From: Minutocellus sp. GHC0000111
Taxonomy: Eukaryota
Direction: 5' to 3'
Assembly (NCBI GenBank): GCA_977018835.1
Contig: OZ361258.1
Location: 3,410,001-3,474,000, forward strand
DNA length: 64,000 nucleotides
Below are positions 22,405 through 33,723 of the stretch, in pieces (the first letter of the stretch is position 1; each line of letters opens with the position of its first letter). The notes under the pieces were generated by a model. The model had not been told where the DNA came from, did not search any database, and saw only the letters and a program-made list of their open reading frames with translations. The position numbers and the translations under genes are program-made.

Positions 22405-25011
22405 CTACTCCTTGTCTTCTAAATCAATAACAAAGAGCCCTTCACATGCATTCGTACCTCCGTCTCCACCGATTAGGTTCCCGCACTTTGTGTTGACGAC
22501 CACATATAGTTCATTGCAAGTGCAGTAGATGGGATCATACGCCTCGAGATTTCCAAGTCCAACATTGCGGATCCGATTTACATAACGTACTCGCCTCGTT
22601 GAGGGCGAAAGGTTGATCACTCCTCCCGACTCCTCTCTTGGCATCCCTGACTCATTTTCGTCATGCTCGTAAGACTCATGCGGGTCGTTATCAAACATCA
22701 CCTTGTCTTCCCAAGTCGATAGGACGTGGTAGATGAGAACGATGACGCCGATATGGTCTTGACCGACAACGATGAGGCGCCGTCCGTCATAATGCACCTG
22801 GGGCTTCCTCTGTGGTGACAGCGGTAGATTTATGATAGCGGAGAGCTCAAATTTCTCTTTCGGATTAGCAACGCTCTGGTCTAGCGAGGGTTTCTGCCAG
22901 AGGGCCAGAGTGGCACCTTCGGTTCGGTGATGCTGAAGAGTCACAAAGCCAGCTCGATGCAGGCCAAGATGACGTGGGTGAAATATTTCATTGATCTTTC
23001 GGGTTGATTTGCACTGTGTGAGAGATGAGCCTTGGCCGCCGGTCTCACCGTTTTCATCTGGGGCTTCGCCAGCATTAGAGCCGTCAGTAACAGCCTCTGC
23101 TTCGTCCATTTCAACGTCCTCGTCACCGCCGATATTATCATCTTCGCAGCTATCATCTAACAGCATTGATTCGTCCTTTTCACCGAAGGACACGCGGTGG
23201 TCATCTTCCTCAGGAGGGACGGCATCTGAAACAGAGCGAAGTCGCTTCAACTTGAGATTAGCTAGGCGCTCACGTTCGCGTTCCTTCACCGCAACGACAG
23301 CTTGCTCAACAGTGAGAACTTGCACTTGACTCATCTCTGTGTCATCGCCCTTTTGACCTGTGCGCTTGCACGAAGTTGTCCACACTTCGACGCAACCTCC
23401 ATCTGTGCCAACGACAAGGGCCTCGCCAGTGGGATCAATCACGAAGCAATTCACAGGCCGATGGGTCTCGATGAAGGTTTCAGCCTCGGGGAAGTATCTC
23501 CTTCGCATTTGGTCCTTGTCCGTGGTTGCGTTGCCACTATTGATCTTGCGCACAAATGGATATCTTACGATAAAGTTTGATGGACGGACAGGATGACCGT
23601 TCCAATCGAGCTCTATATCTTCGAGGTCGTCATCATCATTGCCAATATCGACGTGTCCAGCCACTCCCGCTGTAGATCTACTTCGCGTAGTCAACCTGCC
23701 TGGAATGCTCGGCCCATCACCAGGAGAAAATGTAGCATAAACCTTATCATGGTTGGCATCAATGTCCACGTAATTGGGGAATCCCTTGAGACGACAAACA
23801 AAGGCTTGGTCAAATCTACCGTCGACACTGGTTGATTTCCAACCCAGAACTTCCATGCAGCTTCTAGTGACGGATCCATTCTCGACATTGAGGGCACTTT
23901 CAGCGCTAGATTCACACGTCAAGACACGAGCAGCACCGGCCAAATTGCCCACGATATCACCGGAGGGCTCAACAATGGGATGCAAATCCAGACCCAACCA
24001 GTCCACGGTTACCTCGTCGTTCTCCGTCATGACAATGGCACTGTTGCCGTTGTTGCCCCTGCCATCCGACGGCAGAACAAAGTATTCCGACAAATCGGTT
24101 GCAAAGTATTCTTCGATAGAATGCAATGTTTCCGCCGGCGGTGGTCGCCGTGAAACATTTTGGTTGGCCTCCACCTCCCTCTCAATGGCATCTCCAGAAG
24201 TTTCAGCCTCCATGCGATCGGCAAGACTGCTGCTCGAGGCATTGTTGTTGTTGGAGTTATCTCCAGCCTCGGCCCGACGCTGAATGATGGCGTCGGCGCC
24301 CGCCTTGAATGCTGCCTCCATCATGGCATCATCGCTTCGCACGGCCCCACCGAGGACGTCGTCATACACTGCAATTGTGCCATCGTAGGGGTCCATAAGT
24401 ATGAATTTGGACGACGTTCCGGGTAGCAAAGCAAAAGATTCGCACCCAAAATCACACGGCGGAGGGTCCTCCTCTATGGCCTCCATCATCTCGCGATCCT
24501 CCTCATTGTTCACGTCCAGCTGAGGCAAAATGGGCACAAAGTGCACGTAGCGATTGGGGAGAGAGAGGCACTGCTTGATGGACTTTTTGGACGATGGTTT
24601 CGTGTTGTTGTGCTTGCTTACTCGCAACCGAGATTCTCCTGTGAGATTGTCAAAGAGCTGCCGGCGTCGGCGTATCTCGGATACCACATCCGTGGCTGGG
24701 GAGTCGGCAAACATGTGCCTGCTGTAGACATCTCGCCACATCTTGTCGAAGGGCTTGGCGTTTTGCTTGCACCCCTGTTCGTTCGTGTGTTCGTTTGTGC
24801 TGATGTGCGAATTCTTCTTGTTCGTTTGAGCGAATTGACAAGTCGATTGAAAATCCGAGAATTGGAGTGCATGAGAAAGGATATCGTCGTTCAGCGGTAG
24901 GGCAGACATGTTGTCAGTGACATGCGAGAGCTTTTGACCCGTATCTCCCGCCACTGGCTCGGAATCAGCGGTATCTTCGGCCTTTGTTACTCCTAGTATC
25001 ATTGGTATCAT
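22405..25011 (-). CDS. Large hypothetical protein with F-box-like N-terminal motif and possible WD40-like segments
   Basis: Long single ORF with first ATG at 25011. LPLNDDILSHALQFSDFQST is F-box-like. VNCFVIDPTGEALVVGTDGGCVEVW is WD40-like. Confidence 0.7.
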   Translation of the reverse strand: MIPMILGVTKAEDTADSEPVAGDTGQKLSHVTDNMSALPLNDDILSHALQFSDFQSTCQFAQTNKKNSHISTNEHTNEQGCKQNAKPFDKMWRDVYSRHMFADSPATDVVSEIRRRRQLFDNLTGESRLRVSKHNNTKPSSKKSIKQCLSLPNRYVHFVPILPQLDVNNEEDREMMEAIEEDPPPCDFGCESFALLPGTSSKFILMDPYDGTIAVYDDVLGGAVRSDDAMMEAAFKAGADAIIQRRAEAGDNSNNNNASSSSLADRMEAETSGDAIEREVEANQNVSRRPPPAETLHSIEEYFATDLSEYFVLPSDGRGNNGNSAIVMTENDEVTVDWLGLDLHPIVEPSGDIVGNLAGAARVLTCESSAESALNVENGSVTRSCMEVLGWKSTSVDGRFDQAFVCRLKGFPNYVDIDANHDKVYATFSPGDGPSIPGRLTTRSRSTAGVAGHVDIGNDDDDLEDIELDWNGHPVRPSNFIVRYPFVRKINSGNATTDKDQMRRRYFPEAETFIETHRPVNCFVIDPTGEALVVGTDGGCVEVWTTSCKRTGQKGDDTEMSQVQVLTVEQAVVAVKERERERLANLKLKRLRSVSDAVPPEEDDHRVSFGEKDESMLLDDSCEDDNIGGDEDVEMDEAEAVTDGSNAGEAPDENGETGGQGSSLTQCKSTRKINEIFHPRHLGLHRAGFVTLQHHRTEGATLALWQKPSLDQSVANPKEKFELSAIINLPLSPQRKPQVHYDGRRLIVVGQDHIGVIVLIYHVLSTWEDKVMFDNDPHESYEHDENESGMPREESGGVINLSPSTRRVRYVNRIRNVGLGNLEAYDPIYCTCNELYVVVNTKCGNLIGGDGGTNACEGLFVIDLEDKE

Positions 25012-25384
25012 ACGAGTAGTTGACGACTGTCTGTTCGAGTTGTGAGAATTATTTGAAGCACGAGCAAGAATTTTTTCTCCCTTCCTGCCTTGCCTTAGCC
25101 TTACCGTTGGTACCAATGACCCACAAAAAGAGTTGAAAGCGGGCCAGCGGCTTTTTTCTTTGCTTCTGAATGGGAGCAAAAATCGGAATCGAATCCTATG
25201 ATGATCTGACCGCAGACCATCACATCGGCACAAGCAAACAATTTTCTCTCTTTATAAATCTTACAGTAGTATCAAAGCTGATCGATCTTCTCCTCTCCTC
25301 AGATCCAGATCTACTGCAATTCTGCATCTGATCCTCCCCCAGCAGCACACTCCCCTCTCTTCATTCAGTCAGTAAAAATATCTT

Positions 25385-26836
25385 TTACTTCTTGCCCCGG
25401 AAAACAAATGTCGATCGGCGCTTGGTAAAGTCCATGTTGCCACCGTCACCATCACCATCGATTGCCTGCATCTCCCTCTTCAACTTGAGATTGACCGACT
25501 TCATACCGGGACGCTTGTTGGTCTGTTTGGCCCAGCACTCTGCAATGAGCGCTGCGACGTCCTTGGGACATTTCTTATCAATCTTGGGACGCAACGAGCC
25601 CTTGCACACCATGTTTTCGTGAATGCGCGCCGTAGACTTGCCAAAGGGCTCCTTGCCAAGATGGAACATTCCCACATGAGAATAGCAAGTGAGTAGACAT
25701 CTGCCTTAAGGGAATATGGCTTCATGAGGACGTTCTCGGGTGCCATATAGATGAGCGTGCTGGTCTTGCCAGTCAGCTTGTACACATCTTCGCCGTATTC
25801 GTCCATTCCATCGGCGAGTTCAGGCGTGAGCTCCTTGGCGAAGCCCAGATCGAAAATTTTCACATCGCCGCGGATGTCCTGTTGTGACGAAAGCCAAAAA
25901 TAAAATGGGGTGAGGATGACAATTCGAAAAAAGCATAATATTAATATCAAACGCCAGCGTGCAGAATTCGGCACTTACAAATCCCAGGTTCTCGGGTTTG
26001 AGGTCACGGTAGATGATACTGTTGTGGCGAAATAAAGTGAAGGTCATTTATTTTGAATGAGAAGAGAATGGGAATGAGTATGGATCATTGTCAAAGCTCA
26101 GCAAAACATATCTGAAATTGTGCGCATAAATAGACATTGATTGGTCTACTTACTTTCGGGCATGCATATAGTTCAATGCCGAGGAGAGTTGAAAGGCGAC
26201 GGTAAGTCTGTCCTTGAGGAAGGCATTTTTGGCATCCTTCTTGGCAAACATGCCCATCTTCTTTGAAGTGGCCTTCCACTCTTCCATCTTTCCCTCCAGG
26301 GTGTTGTAAAGTCGGTCCATGACCAGGAAGTAATCCTTGGTACCAACCAAGGCCTCGCAGCCGGCACCACGAACCTTGATTATGTTAGGATGCACAAAGT
26401 TGGAAAGAAACTGAGCCTCCATGGCCAGATCGATGCATCCCTTCTCGAACAAGGCCGGGTCATTTGCAAGCTCCGCATGGAGAATCTTGATGGCGTACCG
26501 AGCCTCGTTCGTCTCCTCTCGCTGGCATGTTCGGGAGATGAAACTGCGCGCCTCGGCGTCGAGGATGGCATCGTCATCTTCGTCGTCGTCTTCCATCTTG
26601 GGTTCTTCGGCCACGCTGCGGGAGCTTTCCTTCTTTTTGTAGTCGGGAGAGAGCGTAACTCCAGTAATCTCCCACACAACACCGAAGGCGCCCGCGCCGA
26701 GACGCTTTCCCTTCTTGATCTCGGGCAGGTCGAAATGAGGCAATTCCTCCTCCTTGGACTGGTCCAATACCTTGGACTTTGAGACCAGCTCGGTCGTGGC
26801 GGTGCGTACCGACTCCTTTACCTTGGCGGGGTCCAT
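25385..26836 (-). CDS. Ser/Thr (TKL-like) protein kinase; exons 26836-26154, 26018-25979, 25878-25385; frameshift near 25670
   Basis: LGAGAFGVV, YAIK, IIYRDLKPEN, IFDLG, YMAPE, ADVYS. Both GT-AG introns restore the frame. One A is missing in TGG GAA (A)TG TTC. Confidence 0.9.
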
Positions 26837-27422
26837 GTTGAAGCAATACGATACGATTGAAGTGGAGGAGGGGCTGTTGTGTGTGCGTGCGTGGGCCATG
26901 TCGTAATCCGCTCGGCGATGTTGAATGAAAGTCTTTCGGCGCTGGCATCACACACAGTTTCAGCGGAAAGACGACATGTAGCTACTACGTAGTACGTAGG
27001 CCTAGTAGTCGAACGAGTCGAGTTGAGTCGACCTGTTGAACCGAAATTGCCAATTTCTCGAAAATAACAATCGGTGTGATATTTTCTGAAAGTGTCAAAA
27101 AACACCACGCCGAATCTGTGAAAACACGAAGAAAACGCCCCAATTTTCATGCTTACCATGCCGATTTCTATTTTCGAGAAATTGGCAATTTCGGTCTAAC
27201 AGACCCAGTCAACATGTTGTGATGCTTGACGAACGAATTACCCCGGTACATGTAACCAAAAGATTTGATGCGGATAATACCGAAAACATGGTCTATAGGG
27301 ATACCTCTACCGGCCTGAAATGTCATGCCGGCAACCTCAACACATGGCTGGCTCTCCCCGCTCCCCTCCTTTTCCTTTTGCATCTTTGTTTTCTCCTCCT
27401 CCTCCTCCTCCTCCCAGCAAAT

Positions 27423-28232
27423 CTACAGGTCCAAGTCAGGAAACTCCTCCAAAAGTAGTTCCCCAACCCATTTGCCAACAATATTGATTTCGCCCCCGCT
27501 TCGATAATGGGCATAGTGCGAATGCAAACACTTGATGCATGGTTCAAAAGGTGGAATTCTCCCAGCAATGCCGGAATTTCGTATCATTCGCACCATGCCA
27601 GACGTGATTTCAGCATTGTCATTACCATCACCCTCACCACTCTGCTCACCAGCTTCAGCACCCTCCAATATGACACGATCTTGATCGGTCAAGCTTTGCC
27701 ATCTCTCCTCGGCATACATTTTATGAGCAGCGATGTAATCTTTAACAAATGAATTGTCCGATCTAAGCCGCTCCTCTAGCACACCGACAAATCCTCTCCG
27801 TTCCAGTTCTGCCACTGCTCTCGATATTTCGGCATTGGCAAGCCAATAAAGTGTTGGAAACGGTGTCAGATCGCCCTTGGCCTTGGTTTTGCGCCGCACT
27901 GCGCCTCCATTCAAGGGATACGTCTGTATGGCGACTGGTTGCTTACCAACTGAAGTGTACGAAGTAACTTTAACAAAATTGGAAGGGAGATATCCCAGCT
28001 GCTCTCGAACTGCTTCCCCGTCGTCAGATATTATTAATTGGTCATCTGGTGATTGAGCAAATGCCAGCAAGGGCTGTGCGTGCGTATGCCGACAGAAAGT
28101 AGGAGCAGACAATTGACCGCGGTTACTGCGCGAGATACGATCGGCGCTAAAGGCATGCGCCACTGATTCCGAATTGGATGCTAGCGCGAAGCTCAGAATA
28201 AGAACGGGCGGTGCTGCTCTCAGTCTCCTCAT
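27423..28232 (-). CDS. DUF501-like protein with probable plastid-type presequence
   Basis: PFPTLYWL, GIAG...IKCLHSHYAHY, NIVGKW. Hydrophobic N-terminus followed by AHAFS. Confidence 0.75.
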   Translation of the reverse strand: MRRLRAAPPVLILSFALASNSESVAHAFSADRISRSNRGQLSAPTFCRHTHAQPLLAFAQSPDDQLIISDDGEAVREQLGYLPSNFVKVTSYTSVGKQPVAIQTYPLNGGAVRRKTKAKGDLTPFPTLYWLANAEISRAVAELERRGFVGVLEERLRSDNSFVKDYIAAHKMYAEERWQSLTDQDRVILEGAEAGEQSGEGDGNDNAEITSGMVRMIRNSGIAGRIPPFEPCIKCLHSHYAHYRSGGEINIVGKWVGELLLEEFPDLDL

Positions 28233-28400
28233 TTTAGCTGAATATTGTCGTAACGGCGTAGGAGCAAAGAATGAATTGCAAAAAGATGAGCGGTTTTGCA
28301 GGTCGCGTCGGTCTGTCCGCCACCATCTCACCTTCAACGTATCGTCATATCGCATCGCTAGATCGTCTCACGGTCTCGCCTCTCTGCTCTCCATAACGCC

Positions 28401-29618
28401 ATGTCGGCCAAGAATGCCCCGGCAGACCTTGAGTCCGCTCGTAAACGGGCGGCATCTCTCTTTGGTGGTAGCATTTCATTCAAGAGACCGCGTCAGGAAG
28501 CTCCGTCAACATCGAATGACGATGGTGGTGCCGTCGGATCATCGAACAAAAGTGATGGAAATCAACTCGGTATTAGTCCCTATGGACGATGTCCGAGCGT
28601 TTCGGAGCGTTACGAGAAGATTGGCCGGGTCGGGGAGGGTACGTATGGGGTAGTATACAAGGCCAGGGATAAGAAAAGTGGAGAGATCTGTGCCCTGAAA
28701 CGATGCCTGCCACATCACGAAGCGAGCGATGGGTTCCCCCAGACGACGCTCCGTGAGATTATTATTTTGCGAGAACTTGCATTCTACAACCATCCTGGAA
28801 TTGTCCAGCTGAAGGACGTGGCCGTATCATCGTCGAGATCAGGAGTGTTTTTAGTTTTTGAATACTGCGAGCACGACCTTGCGAATCTTATCGACAACTA
28901 CTATACGAAGCATTCCCGGTCGATCTTCACCGAGGCACAGGCCAAGCAGCTTTCCATACAGCTCTTATCGGCGATTGATTTCCTGCACACGCGAAATTTG
29001 ATACATCGCGATATCAAGCTCAGCAATTTATTGTACAATCATCGTGGCCGTCTAAGGCTTGCTGACTTTGGCCTGTGCCGTCGTATTGGTCAGCTGAATG
29101 AGGAGCCAAAGCCAACAGTTCGCGATCCAAATAATCTCACTCCAAAGGTTGTGAGTCTTTGGTATCGTCCACCGGAGCTGCTTTTTGGGAGCGACTTATA
29201 TGATACCAGCGTTGATGCGTGGGGTGCTGGTTGCTGTATCGCGGAGCTATTGGATGGAAGGCCACTGGTCAATGGAAAGAGTGAAATGGAGCAGATCAAC
29301 AGGCTTTTTCGTCTTCTCGGTCCTCCTGATGGTCACTCGTCTACTGGTCCGAATTCTTTGCCAGGCCTGGCCGACATGCCCCTCATCAAGGACGGCACGG
29401 TTCTGATTTCAAATGGATCGCATAATTCGAAAGGATTGCTGGACAGATTTGGACATCTCAAGGCATCGGGTATTCACTTGCTTACAAATCTCTTGCGATA
29501 TGATCGGAAACTGCGATGGACTGCGAAGGAGGCGCTGAAATCGGATTACCTTTGTAGTGACGCGCCAAACCCAACACATCTGGAATTGATGCCAACCTTT
29601 CCGGTGTCTCACAAGTAA
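28401..29618 (+). CDS. Cyclin-dependent kinase, CDK10/11-like
   Basis: GEGTYGVVYKARD, GFPQTTLREI (PISSLRE/PITSLRE-like helix), HRDIKLSNLL, ADFG, LTPKVVSLWYRPPELLFG. Confidence 0.9.
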   Translation: MSAKNAPADLESARKRAASLFGGSISFKRPRQEAPSTSNDDGGAVGSSNKSDGNQLGISPYGRCPSVSERYEKIGRVGEGTYGVVYKARDKKSGEICALKRCLPHHEASDGFPQTTLREIIILRELAFYNHPGIVQLKDVAVSSSRSGVFLVFEYCEHDLANLIDNYYTKHSRSIFTEAQAKQLSIQLLSAIDFLHTRNLIHRDIKLSNLLYNHRGRLRLADFGLCRRIGQLNEEPKPTVRDPNNLTPKVVSLWYRPPELLFGSDLYDTSVDAWGAGCCIAELLDGRPLVNGKSEMEQINRLFRLLGPPDGHSSTGPNSLPGLADMPLIKDGTVLISNGSHNSKGLLDRFGHLKASGIHLLTNLLRYDRKLRWTAKEALKSDYLCSDAPNPTHLELMPTFPVSHK

Positions 29619-29726
29619 TGGCTAATGGTAGCAAAGGAAAGGTTTGCAAAACAATTCTTTAGATGCTTTTTTTTTTATTGTTATTTTGATAATATTATGG
29701 AGCTGAAATGCTGCAATGCCGAGTGC

Positions 29727-30814
29727 TCAAGAGCCAAACTTCTTAGCATAAGCTTCAAGTCCCTTTCGCCACTCCTGCTCTCTCAACCCTATTGGTGTTC
29801 GGAGTGTAGCAGGTGACTTTCCAGTATCCTCTTCTTTGCAATTCTGCTCGACCTGTCCGCAGTGGTCTCCCCAACTGAAAATATATGCGCAAAGAGAATG
29901 CAAGAAATTTAAATTGAGAAATCTGATATCACAAATAATGCACGTATGTACACAATCGCGGCGATTGAATGCACAGAAACAAGCATACTTACTTGCAGTC
30001 GTCAAAGAAGAGCATGCGATCGAATCTGATACCAGTCTTTTCCCTCAAAAATGGGAAATGCGTACGACTTTTGTTGGAACTGAGAGGTGGTTGGCGCCCA
30101 ATTTGATTGACATCCACACCGTCCCAATCTCTCATGCAGACATCCCACACGGTCACTCCCGGTACCACCTCCAATAGTTTCAGACTGGCCCTACCGACCT
30201 TCTCTGCGAATGGAGTATCGGCAGAGGACGCCATGGCGATCTTCATCCCCGGATATTTGCCGTCCCAGTGCTCCTGCAAAGCGATAAGAGACCCACGATG
30301 GAGGTTGATTTCATCGCGAGAACTCATTACATCAATCACTCCCTCGCCCCTCCCATTCAGATCACCCCTCACGGTATCACTTGGCATTGCTCGCATCTCA
30401 TACATCTCTTGCGTCCAAAGGCAAGCGTCCTAGGGTAGGTAGAGGGAATGTATAGGGTAGGTCAGGAAATGGCATCGGCATCGTGCATTGTTCTCGCGAT
30501 CAGGAGCAAATGTCTTGCAAAACAGTACATGTAGGGACCCAAACACATACAAATGAGGACAAAAAGCACAAAGCAAACACTCTTTTCCATACAACATACA
30601 TGTAAGCTATAACGCTTACCATGTCAAAGACGAGCAGCTCAGGATACTTCTTCCCTAAGTCATCTGGGCTGTATTCCGATCCTGAGGTGCTCATCCTCAA
30701 GGCTTCAGCACCGGCTCGACGGGTCGCAAGGTTGAAAGTAGACTGAGATGGCGAGGAGGAACGGACGGCACTTGACGCAACAAAAGCCGAATGCAGCGTC
30801 GAGAGGAGCTTCAT
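29727..30814 (-). CDS. Magnesium-dependent phosphatase 1-like HAD phosphatase; exons 30814-30620, 30429-29993, 29874-29727
   Basis: Spliced product gives LLVFDMDACLW (DxD motif I), ASSADTP, NKSRTHF and MLFFDDCNWGDH. Splice sites are canonical. Confidence 0.85.
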
Positions 30815-31518
30815 ATGAGAGCGAATGAGCGACAAGCCGCAAGTGAGTCGAGTCGAGACGTTGGGGTGCGCTGGTACGGTAGCACCAGTGGTTGGGCTGG
30901 CGGGTGCGTGCGGGAAATGCCGATTTGGCTGATACGTCAGACCTCCGGGTTCTTACCAGAGCTCGAGGAAAAGAACCCGGATGTCAACCAACAGTACCAA
31001 CAGTACCATGTACCTAGGTACGAACTCGTAAACTTGCAACGGTCAGGCAATTGGCAAGGCAGGAACGCCCGGAGCTCTCCGGCCTTACTGATATCTGGTC
31101 ATCCATATATTCTCGGAGGCGCTTGTGAGCTATCTTGCTAGCTACGGAACTGGGTTCTTCGGAATCGGTGATAGGAACAAAAGCAGCACAAGCCAAAGTG
31201 CCCGATCCCCGGAGTGACGGTTAGGAATTCTCGGGGAACAACTGAAGAACAGGTGCCCCAACCCAATCTGTGCTGGGCTTTGGGTACACATAGAGCACGT
31301 TTATTGCGGTGGTATATTGCTTGGCGCAGATTGTCCGCGGGGCGAACGTTCTATAAGTGGAGCGCATACGTGAACCAAGTTGAGCGTCCGGATCGGCTTT
31401 CGGCGAAGCAATTATCAGATAGACATCGCTTGGGATTTGTTGTGCCTCTGGAAACCACCAAGTAGGACTGAATTTGCCCACGAATTGTCAGTTCAGCGCG
31501 GCTAGAGCAAAAGGAAAA

Positions 31519-32405
31519 ATGTTTGGGAACGACAAGAAGGGGAATTACGGACCGCTTTCCCTCCAGGATTACTCCGACGACAGTGATGACGAGAATGACT
31601 TTGTGTCGGAGCAAATACGAAACCAGAGGGTAAGTGGTTGGGCAGGTTTGTTTCGTGAAGCTTGCTGGCCTTTGGCCAAGTCAGAGAAGCGCTGGCATAG
31701 GCCGCGGTGTATTGGACTTCGAATTGTGGCAAAGCACCGAAGAAAGGAGATCCAAGATCAAATCGTATGTCGATTTTCGAATATGCCCGGACAGTCCAGA
31801 CTGTTGCGGAGAAATACTAATTAGTGTTCGGCGGCATGGACTGCCTACCATTATATCGGATGTGGTAGTGGAGGTGTTGTATCCGTGCGTGGCGTCGCAA
31901 AAACGTCGGTTCTAATCTTTCTTTTTCATTTTTCTTGCTTTTGTGATGATTCCCACGAACCACAGCAACAATTGAAACAACAGGATGAAGGTCTGGACAT
32001 GCTCAGTAAGAGCGCCGACCGCCTGGGTGCTCTTTCGTTGGGGATATCGGAAGAACTCGGCCATCAGAATAAGTAAGTGATGGATGCTCGGATGTGTATG
32101 TCGATGACAATGAAGTACCTCACAACGAAAGTTTCTTATTTTTGAATTTGCCCTGTCCCTGCTTTTCTTTTCGACTCGCACACAATAATGCGATGGTGGT
32201 GTATTTCTGTTGTTCACTCTTTTGCACCAAAAGAATGCTCGACGAAATGGAAAATGATTTGGACAAAACGACGCAGCGGTTGGACTTTGTAACGCAAAAG
32301 ACGAAGGAAATGATCAAACGATCTGGAGGGAAGCAGAATTTTCTCATTATCGTTGCATTGATTGTGGTAGCCTTCATTTTGATACTGCTCATTTTGTACA
32401 CATGA
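31519..32405 (+). CDS. Small Qc-type SNARE (syntaxin-6/8-like); exons 31519-31629, 31966-32072, 32234-32405
   Basis: QQDEGLDMLSKSADRLGALSLGISEELGHQNKMLDEMENDLD SNARE coil and a C-terminal transmembrane helix. Introns are canonical. Confidence 0.88.
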
Positions 32406-32709
32406 TGAACTTTGGGAGGAATAGCATACACGCGGCGACAATTGTACGGAGATCCCATACAAGAAGAAGTTGGCGATGATATCTAAAGCGCTAGACTAGA
32501 TTTTCATGTATCTAATGATAACCTTAGACATTCGATGCCCTCCACTGACAATATTATATTGTAATCAATGATGGCAAAAGGATTGGTCACGTCGTACAAA
32601 AATGGAACAGACTATTATACACACGCACGTAGAAAAGACATTCATGCGGTCCTCGCTACTCTACTAGCTAGCTACGTAGCTTGTTCGTGGGCGCATGAAG
32701 GATACGTGA

Positions 32710-33495
32710 TTACAAAGTAAGAGAACCTCTTGGGCGCATGTGTGTAGTTGCACCAAGACTCTTTGGTTGGTTGATCTTGCTGTTGCTGTTGTTGGTATTT
32801 CTATCGGTAGTGTTGGTCTGAGAAACGCGCTGTTGCATGGAGGTTGCAAAATTTCGGTGCTTGAGACTACCAAAAGAGCACTGAAGTCTCCTCCGGGCGT
32901 TCGTTTTGGCACGATAGAGCATGAGATGGGTAGAACTCGACTGAACACTCTGGCGACGTAGCTTACGGTGATCCTGAGCCTCGATGGTGGCCTGCATGAT
33001 CTCCCGGAGGGAGTGGCCACTACTCTGGAGGATGTGCGTCCGCAGCATCTGATCCATCCTCATCTCGGGAATAGATCTTCGGTGGATGGACAGCTTGGCG
33101 TCATCGTACTCGAGTAGATCAACAGAGAACCGGTCTTGGTGGATCGGCCCCATGGAGATGGGTGGGCCGGACGAGACCGATGGATTATCTCCCAACGTGT
33201 ATGGGAATTCGATGATGGTTACTCTGCCGAATTGGATGGCCTTTCTCTTGACTTGTTGCATGTTTCCGACTACATTGTGGATAACGGCGTCTTCTTCCGA
33301 ATCTGAAGAGGAAGTTGATGACGATGACGAGCACAGCGACAACGAAGATACGCTGAGGTGAAGATCCTGCGTTGTTGAGGTAGAGCGGCGCATTGACTTC
33401 ATGGTGTTGCGGTTTGTTTTATGCCATGTATCCTTCAAGTGAGTAAGCGGGATGTGGCGTGTTAGCGTTGTGGCGGCAGCAGCCATGGTCACCAT
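32710..33495 (-). CDS. Hypothetical protein of the 'LGDNPSVSSGPP' family, paralog 1
   Basis: IQFGRVTIIEFPYTLGDNPSVSSGPPISM...EMRMDQMLRTHILQSSGHSLREI. Clear paralog at 36834-37499. Confidence 0.75.
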   Translation of the reverse strand: MVTMAAAATTLTRHIPLTHLKDTWHKTNRNTMKSMRRSTSTTQDLHLSVSSLSLCSSSSSTSSSDSEEDAVIHNVVGNMQQVKRKAIQFGRVTIIEFPYTLGDNPSVSSGPPISMGPIHQDRFSVDLLEYDDAKLSIHRRSIPEMRMDQMLRTHILQSSGHSLREIMQATIEAQDHRKLRRQSVQSSSTHLMLYRAKTNARRRLQCSFGSLKHRNFATSMQQRVSQTNTTDRNTNNSNSKINQPKSLGATTHMRPRGSLTL

Positions 33496-33723
33496 GCGTC
33501 CTCAATGGTGGCATGCGTCCAAGGGCTGGGATAAAAGCAGAAAACCGGGAAATGACGCGGTGGGCATGCACATTTCTTCCATATAAAATTTTCACTGCCA
33601 CGGCCAAGAACAACCCAAGAACGAGGAAAAAATGAAAAAAATGATGATCAAAAGCGTCATAAGAACATGCAAATAGAGGAAAAGCCTCGTTATTTTTTTT
33701 GCGAGATTTCTGGCTATCTAGTA

